A stretch of DNA of 64,000 nucleotides, from the NCBI GenBank assembly GCA_051294375.1, contig JBJCIZ010000282.1, positions 523,079-587,078 on the forward strand. The letters are read 5' to 3'. Both the position numbers and the translations under genes were made by a program. This stretch comes from Paraspadella gotoi. Its lineage: Eukaryota; Animalia; Chaetognatha. The notes under the pieces were generated by a model. That model was not told the origin of the DNA and ran no database searches. It saw only the letters and a program-made list of their open reading frames with translations. Below are positions 12,934 to 27,320 of this stretch, piece after piece (position 1 is the first letter of the stretch; each line of letters opens with the position of its first letter).

Positions 12934-15900
12934 TGTCTCTTGCCTGAACTCGAGAAAGAATACGCGCGTATCAACAGAATACTGAGTCTAACTCCGAAGG
13001 GATTGGCATATGACGTCCTTGCGACCTCTGGGATTATTAGACTCGCTATCTTCAAGCCGAAACTCCTGAAGCCATCCACTGCTATCGAAGAAATGGAGTT
13101 TCTATGTCGAATCAAAAGATTGGTCACAATCAGGATGATTCAACGGTAGTTATCCCCCGGAATCCATTCCAACCGGGATGGCTTGATAAGAGCGTCAACA
13201 TGGCTTAACGTCACAGTCCGTAAGCGTCGGTTGGTCGCCACCTCCTAAGAGAACCGAAATGGAGTGAAGAGCAAGAGAGGAATGAGTGATGATCGGAGAC
13301 GGCACCAGAAAGAAACGCATGATGCACTTGAGGGAAGCTCGAAGCATTGATTGCTGGGTATGTTTGAGCGCCAATGAATGATGTTCAACAGAAATGATGC
13401 TTCAAGATGAAGACTCCCCGCTGATATCGAGATACAAGGCGCGTCCAGGACAAGGAAGATTCATGGACGATCAAAACGTTGCCGAATTTTGAGCAAGGAA
13501 CACAAGAACTGAGCTCTGATCAAAGGAAGAAAAGAGGAAAACAAAAGAAAAGATACAACCAGCGAAATCGAAAAAAGAAAAGTAGACAATGGAAAGAAAA
13601 TGAGAATGCTAACCAATGATGAAATCATAGAAAACGGCTATGAAGAAATATAGACGAAGAAATTGAAAGAGAAAAGCCTCATTAATAATGAGGTATTGTA
13701 CGTGCTTGGGACCAACGCTACTACCAAGCACCATAAAAAGGAACGCCGGACTTTCCTCTACTCGAGAATGTGGTTTTAAGAATGAAATGGATGAATTAGA
13801 AGGGCAGAAAGGAGTATGTAACGAATGTCTATCGATAACGGAAACGCGTCAAAGTATAAGCATGGTCGAGTAGAAGATTGCTTGCACTCAAACACGAAGA
13901 AGACCTGAGAAGGCAAGAGAGAGAAGGATTCGCCGGCTAGAAATTCAGTCCAGGAGCTGACTGCAAGAACTGGATTAGGAGAAGGAAGCAGGGGTGAGCT
14001 TTGGAGGCACCAACAACGTCGCGACATTACGTTCGAACCCGGCTCTTCAACTCCCAAGCCCTGCTACAACCGACTCTAACTACTCGCTGCACCTTCTCCT
14101 GCTCCCAGACACCGCGACGAAGCACCTTCCTCGACGATTCCGTCATGGACGTGGATCCAAACCAACAAAAGAAGGACTCCATTGCTCCAGAACGTGGAAC
14201 AGGGAAGCGCCAGAAGCTTTTTCTTCTGTGCGAGAATGTACACCTCAGGACCTGTGTTTGAAATGCATATGAGAGGTAAATGAGAGAGTGATGAACAAGC
14301 TGAGCAATGATCAAGGTCAAGTTAACAAGATTGAGACCATTGGTTTCACCGATTGCCGGGTGAAACTCAACAAATTCATTGTGAAGAAAAAAGATAATTA
14401 CGAGAAAACATAAGGATGCTCTGGAGAACCTCGAAGAATATGGTAAAAAAATGTCAAGCACATGACCATGATTGAAAGAAGGTGCTGAAGCAAACCAAGA
14501 TTAATTCCGGGACAACCAGTGAAACATCGACAAGGGCTGCTTGCACCGAATTGAGAGAACATCAAGGGCCTAGCGAGCAAACACGGCAGACAGGCAAAGA
14601 ATTGGACAGGATCAGTGTGATTGAACGAGATCTTGGAGACCCGCTGCGACGGTCTTGAAGACGACTTCCCGAAAAAGACGCGATCACCAATTGACGTCAT
14701 TGGAAAAAGGCTGAAATTCAGAGATTTCATTCGTTTATCTTGAAAGAAAAGAATTATCTTACGAGAAAGCGCCTAGGCCAAAACAAAAGAAGAACGGTCA
14801 CGGTCGACGTCCGCCGCCATCAACGTCAACGAATCTCTTCGAATTCCAACGGCGGGGGTAAAGCGACGACGATCAGGTCTTCAAGGGTCTCTTCCAGGGA
14901 TCACCAACCCTCCACCCTCTCGTCCATCTCGAAAGGTGAAAGGTTGAAGAAACGAACGTTGCTTGAATCATGTGAGTGATGTGATGGATAGATGCTGTCT
15001 TGCTGTAATAAATGGCATTTCTAGAGACTTGTTCTACTTTCAAAAACTTTCAAAGGACGGAAGACTTGATGGATAAACGAAAATGGCTTGTGTTTTAGAT
15101 GTTTGGGATAAGAATCATATGCAAAACAATGCACTGAACCAAAGAGGCTTGTATGGTTGTTAACGGGTCTCATCATACTATATGCATGATGCTACATTCC
15201 TTTACTCAAGACAGGACCCGATGCGTACGCCAAAGTGTTGCGACATCGCCGGCTCGAACCCGAATCGACCCCGGCCACCCAAGAAACACCAGCCTCACAT
15301 GACGCCACCACTGCGGCTGCTGCAAGGACGCCGCCGTCGCCAAACACTTCGTCGACGCGACCGCTACACGCCTCCAGCAATGTCAAGTTGACTAGCTTGC
15401 AGCATCAACTTCCGGGAGTCGTCATACCGGCCTGTTGTACCTGTGGTGATTGAATTGGAAGGAATTGAAAAAACCGACTGGGCTATGATTGATACTGGAT
15501 GCAATAGAGTGTGTGATCAAGAAAAGTGTTGTTGAAAGCTTAGGCATCGAAACTACTGAAAAACCATGAAAATTAGATCTTATGATCGGTGGACTGTAGC
15601 TGAGAAACCAAATGTTGTGACATAAACTTAGAAAATCTAGTAAAACGATATTGTCCAACACTATGAGAAAATGTGTAAGTTGGAGATCTTCTGACAAGTG
15701 AAGACGACAGACCACCAACTAAAGATGAAGTCAAGGACATGCCTCATCTCGAGGATGTATCTTTTTTTATGAATTAGACCATAAGGAAATTGAAGTCCTC
15801 CTTCCCGCTCATTGGCCTTATACATGGACAAATGGAGAAATTAGACGAGGAAGTAGGGCCTTTCTATTTGGAATGAAAACCGATTTTGGATGGACATTAA

Positions 15901-18900
15901 TCGGTCCTCATCAGAGTTGGATGAGAAACGATTGATTGTGCAAGAATGGACTGCTGATTTCTGGAAGAAGTGAACAACATTAGGGAAATATCAAAAGATT
16001 GTCTCTCACAAGATTTTAGAATAACCCTAGTACTAAGAACAGCCTTCTTTAGATGACAATATGCGATCATCAAATTCGAAATCTACAGATTGACGACATA
16101 GGCTTATTCGTGTGGTCTTCCTTGGAAAGAAGCAGAAGAAACACGGCCGAAGTTTTAACAAACGAGATCAATGCCGCCGCTCTGAAAGACTGAATCTTTG
16201 ATGAAAAAGCTCAACAAAGATCCTGAAATCGAGCTCGTGCTTGGAAGAGATGAAAAGGAGATGCATGCTGGAAATGTCCAAAAAGTCGACACATGTGAGA
16301 CTGAAGACGGCATCCTCATGGATCGTACTTTATCTGTTCTATCCCGAAAAGACAAAAAAAAGTCGTGTATGTCATGATGTCGTTTGCTGTAAAGGCAAGA
16401 TTTGAAGATGAACATATTGACTGGTCCTGACTTGCATGAATAATCTTGATTGGCATCTATACTTCGTTCGCGTCATGAAATTGCCATGAGTGCTGCATCA
16501 AGATGTTTTTCCACCAAATCCATTGTAGACGAGAATGTCCACGCTTTAGATACTGGGTGTGGGAAGATCTGAATGTACGAAACTTGCTTTTTTTGAATTG
16601 AAAGTGCAATCTTTGGCGCAACCTTCTCCAGTACGTAGCAATGTATGCCCCTGCAACCATTGCCGATCGCTCGTCGGAGTGTTCCCAGATATGATGTGTA
16701 CAAGCACATCTGAGTCAGTTTCTGTGAGACGACTTTCATCCATCATCCGCCGGACCTGAACAGCAGAAGCTCAAAGAGGGCTTGACCGAGGCTGATGCAA
16801 GAGGTGGATTCGAACTCGGGAAAATGGAGTGCACTGACCCAAAAGTCTGAAGGAATTAGAAAAGCGCCAAGTTCTTACCTTGGACCAAAGAGGATCCACC
16901 AGATGTGTCAACCTTTGGGTATGAACTGAGAAAATTTTTGGGTGTGTGGATTTGATATGGTGATGTATTTTCATTTTAGAGTGAACAAAGAAAAACTGCA
17001 GAAAGAATGTAAGAGCAAAGAGACAACTGCTATCTCTAACTTGCAAGTCTCTATGATCCCTTAGGGTAGTTTTCTCCTCACACTGAAAGGCCAGATTTTA
17101 CTTACAGATAAATCATTCTTGAATTAAGCATGGGATAACCCATGCCGAAAGATGATGCAAAAAGAAGTGAATGATGGAAAGATCAACTTCCAAACTGGAA
17201 GAAGGAAAATCCCTAGATGGATAGCACGCCAGGAAACTACAATTCTCTGCAGATTGCATGTTTTTTGTGATGCTTCATGGATGTTATGGTGTTTCTGTTT
17301 CCGGAACATTCAAACGCGGGGTAAACCCCAGTACAGCCTTTCTCTTGTCAAATCAAAGGTAACGCCTTTAGATTCCATAAGAGCGGGCCATCATAACTCG
17401 ATCCAAGACTGGAACTGACAGCTTGCCAGATTAGCATGCTGAATCGGAAATGATTATTGAAGAATGTACGAATGACAGTTTGAACGATTGTGATGTGGAC
17501 AGATAGTGAAACCGTCTGAAGAAATACGTGATCACAAAACCGTATTACACCTTTTTTCAAAATCGTTTAAGCTATACATGAAATCTTCCAACATCGAAGT
17601 TGAGTAGTGTCCAACTAACTCAATCTGCTGACGGCTGTCAGCCGCGGTCTCAATGTTGAAGACGAGAAAATGGAAACGATTCCACAAAGTCCTTGTTTTC
17701 TCACCTTCCTGAAGAAGAATGGCCAAATCAAGAAAATACCTATGATCACTACCATATGACCTGAATGTGTGGCCTCCAATATTGAATTGTATGAATGCAA
17801 CAGACAGAAAATATGCCTCGGGATCCAAATTGGAAAAAAGATCGAACGATACCACCAGAAACTGAGACGAATACGCCCTTCTCAATAGTTTTCTGAGAAA
17901 AACAGCGAAAAAAAAAACAATCGATCTAAAAAATCTCAAGATTGATTTAGATGAAATAGAAAAGGCTGAACGAAGCTTATTACAGCATTACAGAATGCTA
18001 TATTTTGGAGAATTGAAAGAACACTGAATGAAAAGTTGGTGAACGATCCGATGGCAGAAAGATTAGATTCAAGAAATCTATTCTTGAGACCATTAAATCA
18101 TTTTTAGATGAAAATGGCTTGATGCGAATTGGGTAGATTATCGAATCTAAATATGACTTATGATACGAAACACCCTATCATCTTGGCCAAAGGATGTTCA
18201 ATAGTGCATGTTTGATTAGACATACCCATATTGTGATGCATGCTGGAGCGATCACGTGGATTAGAGAATTACGAAAAAAGTTTCACATCATGCTTTAGAG
18301 AACAGTGAAAAAATCATCGGCAAATGCATTTGGTTTCAAAAGAATTTTAAACCTCCAGCATCCAAAAGTGGCCACTCCCTGAAGACCGACTCCAAGCGGC
18401 GCACATTTGAAGTAATGGCGTCCATATGTTCGGACCCTACAAGTGAAAATCACAGGGAGGCCGTACATAAACGATGGTTCTTGTTTGTTTAGCAGTTTGA
18501 AATGAGAGGAAGTGCATTTTGAAGATTAGACGATATTCCTAGTTTCGTCTTTATTAAAGCTTTTATTATTTTAATTCTCGTCGCCCGGGATCTGAAAAAA
18601 TTCTACTCTGATAACGAACTAATTTTCGAAAGCAATCTCGAAATTCAAGAGCGCGATAAATGAATGGAATAGTAACATAATGAGCAATCGTTTGTTAGAG
18701 TATGGATTTGAAGGGTTTTCGGACCACCTAATGCTCCCATTGGGGTGGAATTTGGAAAGAATGGTTCAATCTGCAAAACGCCATTTAGACTAGTTTTTGA
18801 AAAAAGAAATTTGACTTTAGAAACCTTCACCACTGTATTAATACATGTAGAGGGCGTTCTCAACAATAGACCGCTTACACAAGAATGTGATGATGTGAAT

Positions 18901-19294
18901 GATTTCATAGCAATTAGCCCGCTGATATTCTCTATCCTGGCGTAGAGACTGGTTCACGACCAGTAGTCTTCACCCGAGTCATGGTCAGGTGATGACCTCA
19001 GGTCAGAATGGAAAAAGTCACGAGGTCTAGTTGACGAATTTTGGAATAGATGGAGAGATGAATATATTTTAACTCTCCAAGCTAGAGAAAAAATGGCAGA
19101 AAACTGAACCGAATGTTAGAATTGGACAATTAGTTTTGATTGTTGATGAAAATTTACGCAGAGATGAATGGAATCGGTAGAATTGAAGGAGTGGATGATG
19201 ATCAGGTCACGTGAGAAGAGTGATGATTAGAAGCTAATAATAAATATTTTGAAACGTGACAGAAACAAGATAGTATTACTAGAATGTGAATTGA
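12934..19294 (+). pseudogene. gag-pol: BEL/Pao gag-pol polyprotein, heavily frameshifted
   Basis: Motifs read across indels: MSL.ELEKEYARIN start; three Cys/His knuckles about 14995-15190 (CFRCL..H..KQC); MIDTG protease about 15485; LTGPDL, MFFHQI and FGAT RT about 16420-16625; YDPLG about 17052; LHVFCDAS about 17254; PRLEL about 17403; WTDS about 17496; integrase PPNAPHWGG about 18725; DUF5641 to about 19290. Confidence 0.9.
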
Positions 19295-19296
19295 AA

Positions 19297-20260
19297 TTTG
19301 ATGTTCATTTATTGAACAAAAAAAAATGAAAACAGACAAAAATCATTTGCCATACTAAATGAATTAAGTCCGAATGAAAAGTTAAATGAATGAAAACGTA
19401 AATAAAAAAAGAGGCAAAATAAAAATTAAAATTATAGAACTAATACATTTATCAACATTTTAAATTAACAAATAAAACTTATGAATTTAGTTAACGACTA
19501 AACTCATACATAAAGAAACACATATTAAAATTACTTCTTTAACTTCTAAAACAATTCTTCCTTTAGATAATGAAATACAATTTTTTTCTTATCATATAAA
19601 TATCACTAAAGAGTCTTAAATCCGCAGGTACACCTCTCGTCGGATTTTGTCTTCATGTAAAATCTTGTTTCTAAATTTTGGCCTCCGTTTTTTTATTAAA
19701 ACGGACATAAAGATCTGTTCGATATCATAAATTTAAGACATTAAGAAAGACGACCAAAGAATTAAATAATGATCTAAATAACAATAAATATTTAAAATAC
19801 GATATAAATATAATAGAATCAATAAATATGACTGATATTGATGTTCATTTGTTGAACAAAGTGAAAATGAGATTTAATAAAAGAAATATTGTTTTGATAT
19901 TAACGATTGAATTTGAATGAAATGACATAAAGAATGGAAAATATCAATAAAAAGAAAATGAACATTTAAAAGCTCAAAACATCAAACTCACCAAAATTTA
20001 AATTAACAAATATAAAATTAAGATTCTAGTTAACGATAGACTCATATATATATAAATAATATGTATATCTAAATTTTTAATTGTCTAATTAGCTAAACAA
20101 TTATAACAGCTAAGATATAAAATATAAAAAATTCCTTAATTCCATAAATTTAATAAAGACTTTTACTTCCGCAGTGCCAGTTCGTTGGTTCTTTTTGTGT
20201 TTTGTGAAAGATATTTGAACTCCGTTTTATCTCGAAAAAACGGATATAAATGACCAATGA
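19297..20260 (+). repeat. Diverged direct duplication (about 540 bp) in the AT-rich 3' UTR
   Basis: ttgatgttcattt.ttgaacaaa at about 19298 and 19838. The tccgcag...ctccgtttt...aaaacgga.ataaa block recurs at about 19620 and 20168. Confidence 0.7.
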
Positions 20261-20375
20261 ATCATAGAAATAAGTAATTAATCATTCCCTTTTGTTTTAT
20301 TTTCCAATGCGAAACGAACGACTGGCGTGCGACGACATCTGGTGCGAACTGNNNNNNNNNNNNNNNNNNNNNNNN

Positions 20376-22199
20376 NACGTCGACCGTGACCTTCTTCTTT
20401 TGTTTGGCGTAGGCGCTTTTCTCATAAATGATTCTTTTCTTCAAGTAAACGATGAAATCATCAAATTTCAGCCTTTTTCCATGATCGTATTGGTGGTCGG
20501 CGTCCTTTTTCGCGAAGTCGGTCTTCAAGAAGTCGCAGCGGGTCTCCAAGATCTCGTTGATCACCGTGTCCCTGTCCAATTCTTTGCCTTTGCCGTTTTG
20601 CTCAGCTAGGGCCTTGATGTTCTCTAATTCGGTGGTCAGCTTGTCAAGTTCCACTCGGTTCCCGGAAGTAATCTTTGGTTTGCTCAGCACTTCTTTTAAC
20701 ATATCATGGATGCTTGCATTTTTCTTACCGTATTCCTTCCAGAGACGTTTTCCAGAGCATTCCTTGATGTTTCATCGTAATTATCTTTCTTCACGATGAA
20801 TCTTGTGAGTTTCATCTCGGCCAATCCGGTGAACCAATGTTCCAATTCTTGTAACTCTGACTTGATCATTTGCTTCATGCTTGTTCCATCACTCTCTCAT
20901 ACGCTCTCATATGCATTTCAAAACACAGGTCCTGAGGTACATTCTTCGCCAGAGAAAAGCTTCTTTGGGCCTTCCCTGTCCACGTTCTGAAGATGGAGTC
21001 TTTTCTTTTGTTGTTTTGATCCACAGTCCCATGACGAATCGTCGAGAGAAGGTGCTGTCGTCGTCGGTGTTTGGAGCCAGGAGAAGGGTGCAGCAGTAGT
21101 AGAGTCGCGTTGTAGCAGGGCTGGGAGTTGAAGGAGCCGTGGTTCGGAGCTAATGTCGCGAGTTGTGGTTGCCTCCCAAAGCTCACCCGCCTGCTTCTTT
21201 CTCTATCCAGTTTCTTGAGTCAGCTTCCTGACTGAAACTTTCTAGCGGCAAATCCTTCTTTCTTGACCTTCTCAGGATCTTCTTCGTAGGTTTTACGCAG
21301 CAATCTTCTACTTCGACCAAATCGCCTTTATCTTTGACCGTTTCCGTTATCGATAGACGTTCGTTGATACTCCTTATTGCCTCTTCTCAATTCGTCCATT
21401 TTCAATTCTTTAAAAATCATTCTCGTAGAGGAAGGTCCGGCGTTCCTTTCCTTTCCAAAGCCGCGTTACAAGCCTCATCATACAATTGAGCTTTTCTTTC
21501 AATTTCTTCGTCAATGTTCTTCATAGCCTTGTTCTTAATTTCATTCATCTGGAGCATCTCTTTTTCCATTTCTACTTTTCTTTTTTCAATTTCCTGGTTG
21601 TATCTTTCTTCTTGTTTTTTCTTTTCTTCCTTGATCAGAGTCAGTTCTTGTCGTCCTTGTTCAAAATTGCGGAACGTTTGATCGTCCCATGACATCTCTC
21701 TTGTCCTGGATGGGCCTTGTATCTCGTACTCAGGGCCGGAGTCTTCATCCTCTGAAACATCATTCTGTTGAACATCATTCATGGCGTCAAAATACCCATC
21801 AATCAATACTTCAGCTTCCTCAGTGGCATCATGCGTTTCTTTCGGTGCCGTCTCATCATCATCATTCTCTCTTTGTCCTTCATCCATTTCGGTTCTCTTA
21901 GGAGGTGGCACAACACGACGCTTACGGACTGTGACGTTAGCCATGTTGACGCTCTTATCAAGCATCCCGCGTTGGATGGATCCCGGGGGATAACTACCTT
22001 GAATCATCCTGATTTGGCCAATCTTTTGATTGACAAGAAACTTCATTTCTTCGATAGCAGTGGTGGCTTCAGGAGTTTCGGCTTGAAGATAGCGATCAAT
22101 TAATCCACAGAGGGTGCCAACGACGTCATGCAATCCTTCAGGAGTTAGATCATCCATGTTGATACGCGCGTATTCTTTCTCGAGTTCAGCAAGAGACAT
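20376..22199 (-). pseudogene. gag: BEL/Pao gag, second copy (better preserved, frameshifted, cut by a gap)
   Basis: ORF 21417-22199 MSLAELEKEYARIN... and ORFs to 20376 (MLKEVLSKPKIT...LKFDDFIVYLKKR) are the reverse complement of 12934-14810. Confidence 0.88.
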
Positions 22200-24149
22200 C
22201 GTTCAATATGAAATAAGAAAAAGAATTTCAATTAAAGAGAGCAAAGAGGAAGTTCGAATCAATCAATCAATCAGTATTTAATGAATTGCAAAGTTAAGCA
22301 TAATTACTGTTGAGAAAATCCGATTTTTTTCTTCGTTTACTTATGTAAACATGTTTTACCAGACTAGGTCATCGAAAAAAAATACTCGCCCTGTTTTCCC
22401 CGTTCGTCTTCTTCGTTAGAACACTTACAGGGAGAAAAATGGGCGCGATCCAAATGCCCATGGCTCGGGCGCGAAATGGGTGAGGGCCAATGACGGCTCG
22501 ACTCGTTATTCGGATTTCCTCGATCGAAATCGAAAACACATCTGTTATGGCTACTCAATGGTGGGCCAAACACGCCGCGCGCGGCTCTACGGAAACACAC
22601 ATTGGACGTGTCTATTTGAATTCTTCTCTAGGACTCTCCTCTCGTCTCATCCTCGCTCTCTGCGCATTTCTCCTCTAACTCTCTTCTTCTTCGTTTCTCT
22701 CTTCTCGCTTTCCTTCTAATTCTACTCTTCATCGTTGTCTCATCATTCACCCTGCTTCTCTCTCCTCTCTCTCTCTCTCAGTCGCTCACTTCTCTACCTG
22801 AGCTCTCTCTCTCCTCCATGCTCTCTACGTGGCACAGATGTTTCGTATTGCCTGTTTCCCCTTCTTTATCTATACAAATGACTCTAAATGACTTCAATCA
22901 CACGCCTCGTAAGCGTTCCGCCGCGAACACCGTTTTTGTCTTTCTCCCCTACACGCTCAACCCTAGGGATAAGTTCAATGGCCTTTTCTCCAATTGTAAT
23001 TCGCTTCTTCTCGACTTTGCATCTACTTCTCTCTGACTATTTGTCCTGCGCATTGTGTTACAGCCTTCTGGACACTTTTCTGTCCGACTGCCTCTCTTGT
23101 GAACAGATGTCATATCCTGCTCTGGTCTTCTCTCTCTACTTTTTTTCTTTTCACAGAACTCAACCAACCATTGCAAGATTGTTCGGCTGAATCATAGCCG
23201 ATATCTCGCCTGTTTGCCGCTCTTTCCCGTACGCTGTACCGTCATTCCCCAGATGATATTTACCTATGCGTGGAGTATTCACCACCGAACCAGACCTGTG
23301 GCCGTCACCGGCTCCTTCCGACGTTTGAGGAATGACCGCCGGTGCCAGGTTTCCACTCCGGACAGTTTGGAACAATTTTAGAGAGTGTATTCGCAGGTTA
23401 GCAGCGCGGTCACAATTCACGGGCGCGAAAGCCGCACTGTGCTCTCCGGCGGAACGTACGATGACTCCTGCCTACTACACCGACCATACCGCCCTTGTCA
23501 CGTGCTGCTCCGAGCCAGCACACGACCGCGTACCACCAACCCGGTGACGTTGACGACAGACGACGACGCACGTGCTCGCGGTCACATCATACTAGATGAA
23601 GAAAGATCATGTGACCCGCGCCGTACCGTATCCCACGCCGACTGTAGCCTCGCGCCGACGCAAGCAACTAGCGCTCTAGTCGAGCCAGCCGCAAATGTCA
23701 CCGCACGCGACGTCTCAAGCTGAACACCAGATACCCATGTCGTGCGCGCAGCCCCTAGGTCGCCGAGCAGCGCCGCGACGGACTCATAAGTCGCCGCCGG
23801 CCACCTATCGCTAGACGTTCAAACCCATCATAACCAGGTGCCCACGCGCCCGACGACAACCCCAGGTTTGGCCATTTTGCGCCGCAGCAGTCTTATGCCG
23901 CGGCTTCCACGAAACGCACTCGATGATCGAACCCGCAACTGCCCGGCGATTCTCGGCGGTGCAATGAGCCGGGGACCGATACTTCGAACGCGCCCGGCGA
24001 GCCCCGATTGTCCTCCGCCGTAATGCGCCAGCCCGATGGTTAAAGAATTATGGCGGATTCTCGCGTCTTCCTAGCCATACCGCGCCAATCGTGCTTATAT
24101 CCAGTAAACGACAACGATTTTTCAGCGGCGTTCGCCAGTGTGGCACGCG

Positions 24150-24860
24150 ATGATCGCGACAATCCGCGGGAAGAGGCGAGAGTCCGGGGATCAAACCTCT
24201 TGCGCAGTGTGCATGACGAAGCCGGATCGCATGCCATGCAATCTCGCCATTTCTACTTTCCATGGTGTCAAACTTGAGATCAAGCTTTTATTTTCTTTAC
24301 ACCTGGACCATCAATTAATATCTCCGCTTCACCTTGCGCGAGCCTAGATCCGCGGACTACCGAAGTCACTGTGTCTGGGCAGAGGATCGTGAGGCGTTAT
24401 CCTTTATGTGACTACCTTGTCAAGTGCTCCGGCGTCCGCTGACAGCGGCCGTCGCACGTGTCCATGTGGGGCAACGCCCGACTCCTCTACCCACTACGAG
24501 GGAGTGTTCCTCGAGCGATGCTCGACCTTAGCCGGAGAATCAAGCGCAAACCGGGGCTGAAGATCGATCGACGCAGACAAAGTACTTCCTGACGATTCGT
24601 CACCGTCTTCCCCGTTACCACACTGAAAGACTCCTACCTCAACATGTGCAGTCGCCCTTTGCGCGGCGTCATAATCAGCGCTGGCCAAGCGGATTACTCG
24701 TGTCAACTCCGATCCTCAGGTTACACCGAGCCCCCCATACAATGAGAGGGAAAACTTATCGGGGGTCATGAACAAGGTCTTGCGGGCGCGGTACCTCTAG
24801 ACAGGTCGAGCGGAGACAATCGCAGAGGCATGAGGAGGATCCTCGTCAGCTTCCATTGTC
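24150..24860 (+). repeat. Degenerate copy of the GC-rich unit found at 38900-39450 and 39930-40470
   Basis: attttctttacacctggac...cgcggactac...gtcactgtgtctggg aligns by eye with atttttttaccagctggac...cgcgggacctacgatcaccctgtcctggg. Confidence 0.55.
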
Positions 24861-24899
24861 CTCCGCGGGACACTCGGACTGGGCCCGGAGAGCCCTCAG

Positions 24900-26135
24900 C
24901 GCGGCGAAGATAGCGAACCTGGTCGACTTGATTAACACTTCCCGCTGCTCCCTTCCCCCACGCCTACCGGACAGAGCTTTAAAAAATAATCCATAAATAC
25001 TGGCTCTCTCCTCCTCACTCTCTCCTCTCTCGCTGTCCTCCAGTCCCGGTTCTCCGTGTCTCTATCTCTCTCTCTACTCTGGTGGCTGCCCTCAGGTAGC
25101 CGTCTAATATATTTCTAACTTTTTTCTAGGCACGCAGTGTTTCGCAACTTTTTCCCCGTTTGAAACGACTACAAACTTTCTAATACAGATAGAAATTAAA
25201 ATTTTAATTCGAAAAAAAATGGCTATCAAAAATTATTATTTGAAACAGCGATGCGGGAAACAATGCGTTCGCGTATCTCAGTAACTATATATATTTAAAT
25301 TGAAACTGAGATTTTAAAAATACTCTATTGTTATACTTTTAAAGAGATTATCCACAACGCATGCATCGTGGCGAACAGTAAACACACCCCCCGGATCCGT
25401 GGCCTAGCGAAAGCCCTCAAGTCATTGGACATAGCCGATGCATACTACTCATAATTCTCAACCCATATCTGGATATAGTTTCTCTGGTCTCGTGTAGCAT
25501 CATATAGTCAGTCTGCATGCAGAAAACAACTTCGCGTCAAGTCTTCTTAGGTTACTTTCCTAGACGCCCTAATCAATGGTCGTACCTTAATTTACGTTCC
25601 GTTCTTTAGATGTAGAAGAAACCCTTGTTCTTGCAATAGATAAGAAGAGAAATATTCGCAATGACAATAGCAGTCTCTATTTGATGTCAGTTCACACTAT
25701 TGAATAGATAGCCGGCTGGCGTAAATCCCGAAATATTCGTCGAAAAAAAATTTTCTTGTGGCCAACGCATTCTTTTACTCATCTCTCTCTCTTCCCTGCT
25801 GTGACAAACGAGATCAACCTTGCCCGTCGGCGGATAGAAGCTGGCAACTGTTTGACCGAGTTTTAGTACAATATAAGTGTCCCACGGAGCCCCATGGCTG
25901 TTAAAGCCGTACCCATCACATTGTAGGACACTGGGTGGATTCTCGATTGTTGTCTTCCTTGTTACGGACGACAGACGTCGATACATATGACGGGATACAA
26001 CAGACTACGGCTTGTCTCATCTCTTCTCTCTCTCTCCGCTTATTCCTCTCTCTCTCTGTCTCTCTCGAGAAACTCGCTTAGTCCTTCGCTCGCGCGACGG
26101 AACATCTGCGGCGTGATTTATGCTCTCGCGCCAGG
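24900..26135 (-). repeat. Inverted copy of the (AG)n-containing block at 37850-38800
   Basis: Reverse-complement matches include aaaaaatggctat.aaaaatt/atattattt, cgtgcc.aaaaaagtta.aaatatatta and the ttatctctcgcgc/(CT)n segment. Confidence 0.6.
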
Positions 26136-26559
26136 CGCCCCGATTCTTTTGCCACAGGTTGAAATCGCTATTTTGCTATGTACGATGAGGAGAGCATGAG
26201 CAGCACCTAATTGCACCCTCACTACCGCACCCGATCCGCAGATCGATACGAGGTGACACCCCGATTGCCAAACTTCTCTCGCCCACGGAAGAAGGACTTC
26301 CGCACCTGCGAGATTGGAAGAAGCAGACGCCGCCGAAAGAAACCCGACATCGGAACCGGGCAAGTACCGACGAGTGATGACCTGTAAGACGAGTAATCGG
26401 TGTAGGTAGGTCATCTCTAAAAAAAAATTTAGCTGCTAATGTCAACCGACAAGGATGAATGAGTCATCGAAGCTTTATAACTTGGTGACAACTCTCGGTC
26501 GTTATTCTCGGGAACAATGCTTGATTATTTTAAGTTCATAACAAAAATCATAGTGAGCG

Positions 26560-27320
26560 TGCGACAGCCAGAGAATTTACATAAGCCCTCGCCATTACCC
26601 AGCTGTAGAACCACTACATCCTCTGTGAAAGCCTAGTACGGCTGGACAGAGATAAATTTCATACACGCCTCGCTACCCGCGGTAAACCACACACTCTGAA
26701 GTGCCATAGTAAGATGAACAGGCAGAAAACATTTCTATACCAGCCCCCTACCCAGCGACTTGTAACCACTACACTCTGAACCATCAGTAGGATGGACAGC
26801 AGAAAATTTTCATACAGCCTCGCCTACGCCAGCTGTACACACTACACTCTGAAGCCCATAGTAAAGGTGACAGACCCAGGAATTTCACTTCAGCTCCCGC
26901 TGATCCCTCCAGCTTCCTGTAACCACTACACTCTGGAAGCCCATAGTAATATGGAACAGCAAGAAACCATTTCATACCAGCTCCTACCCAGCTAAACAAC
27001 CTACCACTCTGTAACACTATCGTAAGTGACAGGCAACAAATTTCATACCAGCCTCGCTACCCAGACTGACACCACTACCACTTCTGAAGCGCATAGTAGT
27101 GGACAGCACGAAAATTTCATAACAAGCCGTCGCTTACCCAGCCTGTTACCACTACACTTGAAAGCCTAGTAGTGAACAGCAAGACACGAAATTCATACAG
27201 CACTCCGCCGCTACCTCCCGCTTACGTAACTCACTACACTCTGACGCAGAGTAATGCAGTGGACAGCCCAGACAAAATTTCATACAGCCTCCGGCTACAG
27301 CTGTACACCACATATCAATC
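26560..27320. repeat. Minisatellite, unit about 75-90 bp, about 9-10 noisy copies
   Basis: The motif aaatttcatacagcc..ctaccc.agctgtaaccactacactctgaagcccatagta recurs. Confidence 0.85.

Larger units (their letters stand above)
10957..20351 (+). mobile_element. Near full-length BEL/Pao LTR retrotransposon (5' LTR, gag-pol, 3' UTR; ends at a gap)
   Basis: Domain order is LTR, gag, zinc knuckles, protease, RT, RNase H, integrase, DUF5641, as expected for Belpaoviridae. Confidence 0.9.

Noticed and set aside
12934-19294. Programmed frameshifting or ancient decay as the cause of the many frame breaks
   Set aside because: Dense single-base indels alongside near-identical, cleaner copies (1-908, 33490-33879, 21417-22199) point to uncorrected long-read error.
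26560-27320. CRISPR-like repeat array
   Set aside because: The whole unit repeats with random indel noise. There are no unique spacers and no cas genes, and the context is eukaryotic.
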